This document shows, piece by piece, positions 38,676 through 47,301 of a stretch of 60,395 nt of DNA. This stretch comes from a virus. Its lineage: Duplodnaviria; Heunggongvirae; Uroviricota; Caudoviricetes. Positions within the stretch are counted from its first letter, which is position 1. Every line of letters begins with the position of its first letter. Below the pieces are notes generated by a model that did not search any database, was not told where the DNA came from, and was given only the letters and a program-made list of their open reading frames with translations. The position numbers were made by a program, and so were the translations under genes. The DNA lies in the IMG/VR virus record IMGVR_UViG_3300028805_000073, one strand, 5' to 3'.

Positions 38676-39044
38676 TTAATAGTCCAATAACTTTTGTAAT
38701 TCTTTAATTTTACGAGAAGCAACTTCTTTAGTTTTATTTTTAAATTTAGTAATTACTTCCTTATAATTATCTGAATTATAAAGTTCATCTAATTGATGTA
38801 AGTTGTCTTGTTCTGAAAGTGATTCCCAAACTTCATTAAAAATATCATTATCAAGTTTGTTAATCCATCTTTCAAATTCTTTCTTATCTTTATTGTCTTT
38901 TAAGGTAATAGTAACTGTAAGAGTATTACCTTTTTTCTAAGAATCTACTACAAAATTTGTATCATTATCTTGATATTCTTGATGTAGTGTGTCCATTGCA
39001 AATAGCTCTTTAATAAGAGTTTTTAATAATTCTTCTTGTTTCAT
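38676..39044 (-). CDS. Hypothetical protein upstream of the suppressor tRNA (122 aa, one TAG)
   Basis: ATG 39044 to TAA 38676 with a single in-frame TAG. Confidence 0.65.
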
Positions 39045-39049
39045 AACAA

Positions 39050-39215
39050 TACTAATTTATTATATATTATAATTTTTATATACATAAAAAATGTTAAAAA
39101 TCAAAATTTATTTTTTTGTAAAAATTTTTTATTTTTTTTGAAAAATTTTTTTGTTGTGAAAAATTTTTGTAATTTGAAAATTTTTTTTAATTTTTTTGTG
39201 AGGGGGAGGGGACAC
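39050..39215. other. Extremely AT-rich A-tract/T-tract region at the divergence of the two genome halves
   Basis: About five A4-5T5-8 units followed by a GAGGGGAGGGG run. Gene orientation and code usage switch here. Confidence 0.6.
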
Positions 39216-39350
39216 CTATGGCGAGAGCCCCTGGCCTCGCTCATAGGAAAAATAAGTCAAATTTATATTGGTAATATGTCTTCGACAATCGGTATCGAGA
39301 GATTACCATTGTCAGAGTTCACTTATTGTTTTACTTAAAGTTTTAGGATT

Positions 39351-39848
39351 ATGACCGAAAAACAAAAGAAAGAGCTTCAAAAGCTCATTGAGAACCACGA
39401 CGGACGTCGGTTCTCAGAATTGGAAAGTGTTGTGCTCGCACAACAAAGTCGTGAATACCCCGATTTCGGCGGTGACGTTCCCGAGGACGTTTACTATGTT
39501 TTGGGCGTTTTCAATGTCCACACGTGGAAAAATCGCCGTGGCAACGAAACAGAAATTTTGACTGCTGTCGTAGCCAACGAAAAGGGAGATGAATTTGAGG
39601 TGGCTTTTGCCAGTTTCTGCAAAAGGGAGTGGGATTTTGTCAAATTCAATCGTGAAACGAAAGAATACGACAAAGTAGAGTGCAATCCTTTGCTGCCGTT
39701 CTATCCTTCTCTCTCTCAGAGGACAAAGGCTGTTTCTGAAATCAAGCCGATGACCGCTATTAGAATTAAGCGTGCAAGGGGTCACTTTGACAACCCCAAC
39801 AATAGTCGCATTTTCGATTTCAATTACACTTGGGTCGAAAAGGCTTAA
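39351..39848 (+). CDS. Early hypothetical protein
   Basis: Track ORF of 165 aa with higher GC and an A/T-rich leader. Confidence 0.75.
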   Translation: MTEKQKKELQKLIENHDGRRFSELESVVLAQQSREYPDFGGDVPEDVYYVLGVFNVHTWKNRRGNETEILTAVVANEKGDEFEVAFASFCKREWDFVKFNRETKEYDKVECNPLLPFYPSLSQRTKAVSEIKPMTAIRIKRARGHFDNPNNSRIFDFNYTWVEKA

Positions 39849-40062
39849 ATGAAAAATCTTTACAATTAGGGAGTGGTGACAGCACTCCCTTATTTTTTCG
39901 CTTCGCGAGTTTCCGCCCCGAACTGCGTTCGGTAACGGAAATGTAAGCCAGATGTATAGCAATCCCATATTTATAGTGGAATAATGTGTATAACATATTT
40001 TCACGGTGGTTTAAAGACTACAAACAAAAAATAAACAAACTTAAACAATAGGAGAAAAAAGT

Positions 40063-40497
40063 ATGAAGAAAATGACTTCTTACATCATCACTGGAGTTAA
40101 GGCAGATGATGAGCAGGTTTTTTTGCAGCGTGTTGGTGAACTTCTTGAGCGTAATGATCTTCTTGATCAGTTGACGGAGGGTGTGGCAGTGTCAGCAGTA
40201 ATTGTTGATGAGGCTGCTTTTCTTGATGCTCTTCAGAAGCAGTACAAGGAACGTCTTAACATCGAGATTACTAATTCTAATATCACTATTGATCGTGAAG
40301 GACGTCTGGAACTTGGAGCTATGTCATATGACAGAACTTATTGGTATGCTACAGAAGAGGCTGCTGAAAAAGCTGAGTATCGTGATGGATATGGATCTAA
40401 GGATGAGAAGCATCCATTTCCAGGTCTTAACCATACTACAGACTATCACGTACGTATTTCAAAAGATACTGCTGGTATTAAAGTTTTGTACGTATAA
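40063..40497 (+). CDS. Early hypothetical protein
   Basis: Track ORF of 144 aa preceded by an AAACAAAC-type leader. Confidence 0.75.
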   Translation: MKKMTSYIITGVKADDEQVFLQRVGELLERNDLLDQLTEGVAVSAVIVDEAAFLDALQKQYKERLNIEITNSNITIDREGRLELGAMSYDRTYWYATEEAAEKAEYRDGYGSKDEKHPFPGLNHTTDYHVRISKDTAGIKVLYV

Positions 40498-40612
40498 ATA
40501 CGATATACGCTTCGTCCGTTGTGCTTTGAACAGCGGACCTCCAGCTGGGATCCTTGTGCTGTGAACGAGGAACACCGTACATCATTTATTAACAATTTAA
40601 ATTTTTAAAGTC

Positions 40613-41236
40613 ATGGGAGAAAAAAAGACTAATGACAAGAAAGATCTTCAGAAGATCGTTGACGAGAGTGTAATTAATGCAGTAGCTGCTGCCAGTGGTA
40701 ACCTGAAGGGTGAGTCTTATGACTCTTTCGAGAAGGCCCTCGAGATTGCTAAGAAGGATGGTGAATCCTTCTTCAATCCGACACTCTCACAGTACAAGGA
40801 AGGTTTGGTGATCAACACCAATCGTGATGTCGTCAAAATCAAGCGTGTACCTGTGGGAACTCGTGGCAACAAGGCATGGTGTATTACCTGTCCTGCTGGT
40901 TATCAGAAGGGTGATGAAATTGTTTACGATCAGGCTTTCAATTTCTATCCCAGCACTCTGCGTAAGACCATCCAGGTGACCGATGAGGTTGGTGATCCGA
41001 TGCTCGACGAGAAGAAACAGCCTATCACGATCGACGGTGCTGGCAACCAGGTATGGGAAGGTGCTCGCGGTTGTAACAACCCTGAGGAGCTCCTGGAGTA
41101 TTCCGTCGACAAGGTGCTGAAGGTTATCGACATCAAGCGTGACTTCGGTCCTGTTGGCTTCGTTGAGAAGAACGGCGTAAACCGTGCTACAGGTCACAAG
41201 ATCACCTCACTGCCTTTATTCGATCAGATCGGTTAA
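40613..41236 (+). CDS. Early protein with strongly biased codon usage (possibly highly expressed nucleic-acid binder)
   Basis: Track ORF of 207 aa. Function not assignable from sequence. Confidence 0.7.
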   Translation: MGEKKTNDKKDLQKIVDESVINAVAAASGNLKGESYDSFEKALEIAKKDGESFFNPTLSQYKEGLVINTNRDVVKIKRVPVGTRGNKAWCITCPAGYQKGDEIVYDQAFNFYPSTLRKTIQVTDEVGDPMLDEKKQPITIDGAGNQVWEGARGCNNPEELLEYSVDKVLKVIDIKRDFGPVGFVEKNGVNRATGHKITSLPLFDQIG

Positions 41237-41454
41237 TGGCAACTGGTGAACTGCTTACTTTCTGGGGTAAATTAAGGAAGAATAATTCCTTAGTTACCTC
41301 AGAAGGTACTCTTCGAGAAGTAATTTACGACCCTGAAATGGTAGCACCTGGTATGTATGGTTACTTCTTGGTAATGAAAAGGAGAAAAAAATATCAAATT
41401 CTGAAATTTTTAAGTGAAACAATAGTGAGACAATTAGTTCCTAGTTCGAGATGA
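41236..41454 (+). CDS. Small hypothetical protein
   Basis: Track ORF; start overlaps the previous stop. Confidence 0.55.
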   Translation: MATGELLTFWGKLRKNNSLVTSEGTLREVIYDPEMVAPGMYGYFLVMKRRKKYQILKFLSETIVRQLVPSSR

Positions 41455-41762
41455 ATTGGGAACTAATTTTATTTAAATCTCATATAGAGTTTCACAATAA
41501 CAAGGATTAAGTGTATAAAATAAGCTTCTTACATAAGGATTTGATCAAAATTCTTTAGTGAGAGATATGCTCGAAGGCACTGTCAGCAGACCCACCTTCA
41601 ACACTCAAACTCACTCAACTTTAATCTCAAAAATCGGGATTTTGAACAAGTATTAGAATTGAGTTATCATTAACACAAAAAAATATTCATTTCTAATATA
41701 TTAGAAAATTTTAAAAAAATTGGTTGAGTATAAACCAACAGAATTTTTAAAATCCTATAAAA

Positions 41763-41822
41763 ATACCTCTGATGAGTCTTGGAAGATTAAGACGAAACCT
41801 AGAAATTTCGATGGTCAGGTAT
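41763..41822 (+). ncRNA. Hammerhead ribozyme (type I)
   Basis: Stem I ATACCT/AGGTAT, core CTGATGA, stem II GTCTT/AAGAC, GAAA, stem III CC/GG, GUC cleavage triplet (cut after 41816). Confidence 0.9.
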
Positions 41823-41842
41823 AAACAAACAACAACAACAAT

Positions 41843-42178
41843 ATGAAAGAAGAAGTTTTTATTTTAATTATCACATGTGTAGAACCTAAAGATGTGAAAA
41901 AGGTATCAAATTCTGCAATTATGTTTCTTAATTTTAAGGAAGCATTAGATTATGCAAGAAAAGATGCTGAGTATTATAAATATCTTACATCAACATATAC
42001 TGAACGTATTGGGGATAATAAGTGTCATGCTGAGATAAAATTGTATGGAAAGTACATCAACAAAACATACAGAATATCTAATATGGCAAAAGGTGGACCG
42101 TGTGGTGAGAAACATCTGGAAAATCGTATGAATACATATTATACATATGATTACTATGATGGAGAAATTTTATTCTAA
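41843..42178 (+). CDS. Hypothetical protein directly downstream of the hammerhead
   Basis: Track ORF of 111 aa with an AAACAAACAACAACAACAAT leader. Confidence 0.7.
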   Translation: MKEEVFILIITCVEPKDVKKVSNSAIMFLNFKEALDYARKDAEYYKYLTSTYTERIGDNKCHAEIKLYGKYINKTYRISNMAKGGPCGEKHLENRMNTYYTYDYYDGEILF

Positions 42179-42461
42179 AAATAGCAAAGCTCCCACCGCT
42201 ATACAAAAAGTGTGGGAGCATTAAAAAACTCAATATAAAATATCTCAAGACAAGGATTATACCAAAATTCTTGTGTGGATAGGGAAACAGGTGGTGCTGT
42301 CCTTGATAGAAAAAGAGATTTCCAAGATGTTGAGGACGCCAGTTTCTTAGTGTGGCAAGGAGTATCTAACCTTGTGGATTGCATTGGATGTAAAAGCTAT
42401 GATACTAAGTTTTAGGTGTAAAACACTCAAATAATCTTTAAAACAAACAAACAAAACAATT

Positions 42462-42698
42462 ATGAAAAATATTGAGCTGAAATTTAAAAATGGTGAAGTT
42501 GATATGTATATTACAAAGTCAACAGACGATTTAAAGCTTCCATCATTGGGATTTAGGTATGAAGAAGATGCCGAACTTGCTATTGCAATTGCAAAAGCTA
42601 TTAAGGCACGTGAAGGTCGTGATTATTGGATAGAGATGCATGATGCAGTAAAGTATGTATTTCGCACTCTTAATCTACAGGATTCTGGTTGGACATAA
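42462..42698 (+). CDS. Small hypothetical protein
   Basis: Track ORF with an A/C-rich leader. Confidence 0.7.
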   Translation: MKNIELKFKNGEVDMYITKSTDDLKLPSLGFRYEEDAELAIAIAKAIKAREGRDYWIEMHDAVKYVFRTLNLQDSGWT

Positions 42699-42704
42699 TA
42701 AAAT

Positions 42705-43140
42705 AATAAAACTCCTATAAACCAAGAGGGGAGTATAAATAAAAAGCTTGGTTGGATGAGAGTGATTACCTGTAATCTGTAAAATGTTGGTTCCAAAGAC
42801 CTGTCCGCAATCAGAGGTTATAGTAAGGTGATAAGCTATTCCTTACAAACTCTTTGTTATCTAGAGTATAAACTAAACGTGGTCAATCACTAGGAGATAA
42901 CTAAGTGTCCTTGTGGTACCGAAGGGAAATCGGTACAACTCCGTGCGTTGTAGAAAGGAGTATAAATAATACGCTATAGCTTTGGTGTCTGCAGACACTG
43001 ACTTCCCAACCTCTTGAGAGAAGTAAAACAATAGATAGAGGTGAGCGGCAGTGATATAAAACACTGTCCACAACCACTAGTGAATAGAAACCTATGAAAT
43101 TATAGGGTAGTGGCAGGAGTAAATTCCCTGAAAATAATTT
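42705..43140 (+). ncRNA. Candidate large structured ncRNA (block 1)
   Basis: No credible ORF. Many hairpins, including GTACCGA/TCGGTAC, CCACTA/TAGTGG, CAGTG/CACTG and long-range AGTGATT/AATCACT. Confidence 0.45.
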
Positions 43141-43379
43141 CAATGTTTATAATATATGCCAGTATATTGTGTTCCGTATCGTTGATAGCTGGCACTATCA
43201 ATTGACGTAAGTAGACCTAATTACTTAATTATAAGTCCTGGAATATTAGGCTCGCTCTGGAATGAGGTGACTAGAGAATTAATTTGTAAGATCTGGATAC
43301 TATGGCAATAGATCGTGATGCCAGACTTTAATCCTCAAAGCGTGAGAGGATTTTAATTTTTTAATTATGAAACTTATTT

Positions 43380-43985
43380 AGTAAAATGTCGTAGCCGAAC
43401 TTCATTCGTTACCAACTGAATGGTGGAGTTCATATGGCTGAGGAGAGGCAGTTGGTCGTTGCACACATGGCGGACATGAAAAGTAGGATGAAAGACTAGT
43501 AAGTGTTGATGTCTGATTCCAAAACTCGAAGATGATAGAGTATAAGCAGTATCATCCATTCCTACGTGACATCTTGGAATTCGTAGTGAGGGAAACAAAG
43601 AGTATAAAACAAATCCTTAACAAGATAAGGTTGGCAGTTCGGAATAGAACGACAATTAAAATCCAGGAAGTACAACTGGTCGGTGATACAACCCATAGCC
43701 GTTATAACATGAAGGGGAGTCTCGATAAGCATGTATGTAATGTAAAACGAGCAAGTACTTGAAATATAGTACGTAGCAAGCGAATTACCTCTAGCTAGGA
43801 GGACAATCTGAAATAATATTCACGTCGAAATTTCACTGATGATTACCGAGAACTAATGCTCGGATTCTACATGGTTGTTTTTAGGATAATACAACGTAGT
43901 AGGGGATAAACGACGTAAAATAAATCCCGAAATTGTTAAGTTTGTTTGCTCTCCATCCATAATTGGGTGGATGGAGAGATTTTTT
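43380..43985 (+). ncRNA. Candidate large structured ncRNA (block 2) ending in a terminator
   Basis: Hairpins GAACTTCA/TGGAGTTC, CTACG/CGTAG, CCGAG/CTCGG and GGGAT/ATCCC, then CTCCATCCA/TGGATGGAG plus a T run. Confidence 0.45.
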
Positions 43986-44282
43986 AAACTAAACAATATG
44001 AAACTAAAACATTTAGCAATATGAAAAAGTGGAAATTTTCAAACAAATTCCAGGATTATTTCTGGGGGTTTGTATTCACAGTATGTGCACTACTGTGGAT
44101 ATGGGTAGCTGCCTTATTTGTATAATAAATCTTATTTATCTCTCTTGACTCACATATGCAATCAGTGAGTATAATAAATAGATGCAAGCATCATTACTAG
44201 GATGGTGAGATAATTGAACTAAGTGTTGACTTTGTGTTATTATCCTGAAAGGATCCTAGTTCCTTTCTTCTTTTTTAATAAT

Positions 44283-44477
44283 ATGAAGACAAATAAAAGT
44301 TTTATGCAACTTGATCCAAATCGTTTGAGTTGCACACTGGAGGAATCTTGTAACAGATTTCTCAAAACGCATAAAGGACTTCAGTATCTTTTAATGAAGT
44401 TCTCAAATCTCTCACTCCAAGATGCTATCCAGGAGTATAAAAATAAGGAAGCAGAAGCAGAATTTTATTGTCCTTAA
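44283..44477 (+). CDS. Small hypothetical protein
   Basis: ATG-trimmed track ORF 44223-44477. Confidence 0.5.
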   Translation: MKTNKSFMQLDPNRLSCTLEESCNRFLKTHKGLQYLLMKFSNLSLQDAIQEYKNKEAEAEFYCP

Positions 44478-44490
44478 AACACTTAACAGT

Positions 44491-44916
44491 ATGAAAAGAA
44501 AAAATTACATGGCTTTGACCGAGAGCCTTAACAAGTTCCGTATGGAAAACCGGTCAAAGACATTTACTCGTGAAGAATTGATTGAATCTCTTTATAAAAT
44601 GGGATTCAATCGAGGAGTGGCTGGAATGATTATTTCAAAATTTATTCCAGCAGAAAAAATGGGCACATCCAAACTCTATAGTTTTGGAACAGATCCAATC
44701 CATAATAAAGCCATAGAAGCAATTTATCGAAAATTTGCTTCGTATGGTACTGATTCTAAGAAGCAGCCAGCTCAATTACCTAATGAGGAATCCCTCATTA
44801 ACAAGGTAAAAGAAATGGGTTATCAAATCCGCAAATGTGTTGGATTTGATATGGAAAGGTTCAAAAAGGAACAGCCGTTCATGTATCAAAAATATTTGAG
44901 ATATGAGTCCGTTTGA
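44491..44916 (+). CDS. Hypothetical protein (possible winged-helix)
   Basis: ATG-trimmed track ORF, 141 aa. Confidence 0.7.
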   Translation: MKRKNYMALTESLNKFRMENRSKTFTREELIESLYKMGFNRGVAGMIISKFIPAEKMGTSKLYSFGTDPIHNKAIEAIYRKFASYGTDSKKQPAQLPNEESLINKVKEMGYQIRKCVGFDMERFKKEQPFMYQKYLRYESV

Positions 44917-45022
44917 AGCGATACAAATAGCCAGGAAGTATAATCTTGAAGCTGAAGTTCGTCAAGAACTAGCTTCAGGATTAACTCCTGAAGAAGCACT
45001 TGAAGAATGGGATATAAATTAA
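44903..45022 (+). CDS. Small acidic protein (39 aa)
   Basis: MSPFEAIQIARKYNLEAEVRQELASGLTPEEALEEWDIN. Confidence 0.55.
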   Translation: MSPFEAIQIARKYNLEAEVRQELASGLTPEEALEEWDIN

Positions 45023-45437
45023 AAAATAATATGTATATAACAATAGAAGAAAAAAATCCTCAACTTAATCAAGAATGTAATAATATAAAGTTGAGGTCCA
45101 AAAACGGAAATACTCTTTTTATTGAAGAGATAGATGGAAATCTTGTAATAAGAAATAATTAATCGGTAACCAATCCGAACTCTAGAGTGTCCCAATTAAA
45201 TTCTTGAAGGGACTAATAAAATACAAGGGTTTAAGAAACTGTACCACAATTAGCTACTGTGGAATAATACAGAGCTTCCAGGTTCTCAGCGCGCTGCTCT
45301 TACTGGATATTTTATTAATAGCTAAACAAACAAAACAATATGAAAGAATATACAATTAATATGCGTAAAGATGGTTCTGCCGTCATTGCTAAAGTTGTCC
45401 AAAGAAGAAGTAGAAAAATTATTAAAATAACTTAAAT

Positions 45438-45899
45438 ATGATAACAGATTTTATTTATAATGATATTGTTCTTTATTGTAAAGGATGGTATCAGAAGAAT
45501 GGAAATATGTTAGAAGATTTAGGTTATTTATTCTCTAAAATATATACTTGGACTCCTAAGACAGAAAAAGAAATAGGGCATATGATGCTTATTGTTCTTG
45601 ATGAATTGTATGATAAGTTAGATAAGCCTATCAATTCTTATAGATTTTATAATAAACATTCTATATTTATGGAAGAAATTTCTAAATATATGAGTTTATA
45701 TGGAATCTCTATGGATATGGCAATTATTTATCTTGTAAGAAACGTACTTCAAGGATTATCTCAAAATGAGATTAAACTCAAAGCTCCTCATTATGGAAAA
45801 AAAGAATATTTCAGAATGGGAAGTTTATCTAGAATAAATCCGATAAGTATGACTTATACTGAGATGAATAGAAGAACAAAGAAGATATTCAATAAATAA
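45438..45899 (+). CDS. Hypothetical protein
   Basis: Track ORF of 153 aa. Confidence 0.7.
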   Translation: MITDFIYNDIVLYCKGWYQKNGNMLEDLGYLFSKIYTWTPKTEKEIGHMMLIVLDELYDKLDKPINSYRFYNKHSIFMEEISKYMSLYGISMDMAIIYLVRNVLQGLSQNEIKLKAPHYGKKEYFRMGSLSRINPISMTYTEMNRRTKKIFNK

Positions 45900-46119
45900 A
45901 AGTTAGCACCGCAAAGTCCGTAAAAAGTACACGGCGTCCCGATGTGCACCCCATGCTGCTCTTAAATACTAGTTTAGAGAAACAGGTGAAATCCAGATAT
46001 AAGTATGCGTCGACGAATAAAACTGGAGAACTAACTTTTGGTAAACAACTCCTCGCTTTACTCTAAATATTGTAGAGAGTTTGAAGTCTGTTTCAACAAT
46101 TTCTTTTGGACTTCATTTA

Positions 46120-46258
46120 AGCCAGATAGCTCAGATAATATAAGAGCGCTTCTGTTAACAAGTACATCATATGGCTTGCACAATGTTCGGACAAACCTTA
46201 AGGTATAACCCCGATTAACATAGAGAAGAGGTCGTTGGTGTAAATCCAACTCTGGCTA
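46120..46258 (+). ncRNA. tRNA-like RNA with a branched insertion replacing the anticodon loop
   Basis: Acceptor AGCCAGA/TCTGGCT, D stem GCTC/GAGC, stem CTTCT/AGAAG enclosing about 70 nt, T arm GTTGG TGTAAAT CCAAC. Confidence 0.7.
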
Positions 46259-46319
46259 CATTAACTTTAGACCATATGAGGATAGACGAAGGAAACGATA
46301 GCTATCAGGATTCTAGAGT

Positions 46320-46392
46320 TGGACAATGGTGTAATTGGTAACACACTACTCTTAAAAAAGTGGTATTATAGGTTCGAGTCCTATTTGTCTTC
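46320..46392 (+). tRNA. Degenerate tRNA with a Gln-like body and an 8-nt anticodon loop (CTTAAAAA); probably pseudo
   Basis: D stem GTGT/ACAC, CTACT/AGTGG stem, T arm ATAGG TTCGAGT CCTAT. The acceptor has mismatched terminal pairs. Confidence 0.55.
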
Positions 46393-46582
46393 TAAAAGAG
46401 AATCTACACTCTATAATATAGGACCGGTATGTCCGGATAGCACAATAATAGGTGCGTTGTAGTCGTCCCATTTTAATTATTGAAGGAAAAAGCGGTTTCG
46501 CCCTTCTAGCATCAGGAACGAAAGACCTCTTCACTGAGATACTCCTATATTTATTTTTTAATAACTTTAAACAAATAACAAT

Positions 46583-46915
46583 ATGACAACAAATTTAATA
46601 TTATTAGTAATACTAATTTTAGCATTATTTTGTTTTTATATGCTTTATAGAAACAATAAAACTTATTATTTTTCTGTAAGTTTGAATCATTTTCTTTCTG
46701 ATGAATTAAGAAGAATTTTAAATACTTATAAGAATGATAATGAATTTCATGAAGATGAAAATAATTATAACTATATTAAAGAAAAAACATATTATCTTTT
46801 AGATAAATATTCTTATAGTGAGTATTTATTTTCTTTTAAACCTTTCAAATTAGAAAAATGGTTTACTAAAGAAGAATTAGAGTTTATGAAATACTTAAAA
46901 CAATATAGAAAATGA
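46583..46915 (+). CDS. Small membrane-anchored protein
   Basis: N-terminal hydrophobic helix. Confidence 0.7.
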   Translation: MTTNLILLVILILALFCFYMLYRNNKTYYFSVSLNHFLSDELRRILNTYKNDNEFHEDENNYNYIKEKTYYLLDKYSYSEYLFSFKPFKLEKWFTKEELEFMKYLKQYRK

Positions 46916-47301
46916 AATGTCCAACTTGTGGTAAAGAACTTGGAACTGATAGTTCTATTGGTTCTGATGAACGCTCTATGAAGGAGCATGGAGAGTGTTT
47001 TGAATGTGCTCTCTGGAGAGAAAGGTTACCTCTTGTAGGTAATCCTGATGTTGCAATCATTGATGGTACAATGTATACCATTGGTGATGAAAACTCTAAA
47101 GATTCATTTAGAGGATTTGGTGGTAATAAATTTGTCATCAAGTTTAAAAATGGTAGAAAAGTTACTACTACAAATCTGTGGTGTGGAGGAGATATTTCTG
47201 AAGCTTGGAGAGATAAGTTTCCTAATAATGCCGATTTTGATTGGCAGTGGAAGAAAATTGGAGAATGTAATTATCTTATTCCAAAAAATGAAAAAGAATG
47301 A
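46912..47301 (+). CDS. Zn-finger-like hypothetical protein
   Basis: CPTC...CFEC motifs. Confidence 0.7.
   Translation: MKCPTCGKELGTDSSIGSDERSMKEHGECFECALWRERLPLVGNPDVAIIDGTMYTIGDENSKDSFRGFGGNKFVIKFKNGRKVTTTNLWCGGDISEAWRDKFPNNADFDWQWKKIGECNYLIPKNEKE

Noticed and set aside
38667-38690. TTGGACTT at about 38670 as the missing 5' half of the orphan Leu tRNA
   Set aside because: It is one arm of a local palindrome (TTATTGGACT/AGTCCAATAA) with no D arm or acceptor strand before it.
39414-41197. Long minus-strand ORFs opposite the early genes (39414-40004, 40787-41197)
   Set aside because: Antisense openness is explained by the biased codon usage of the plus-strand genes.
42873-43762. Short track ORFs within the structured blocks (42873-43073, 42901-43143, 43374-43598, 43532-43762)
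   Set aside because: They lack A/C-rich leaders, have atypical composition, overlap each other and coincide with dense RNA helices.
43820-43870. Second hammerhead at CTGATGA (about 43836)
   Set aside because: No GAAA follows the putative stem II and no stem I/III with a cleavage triplet can be built.
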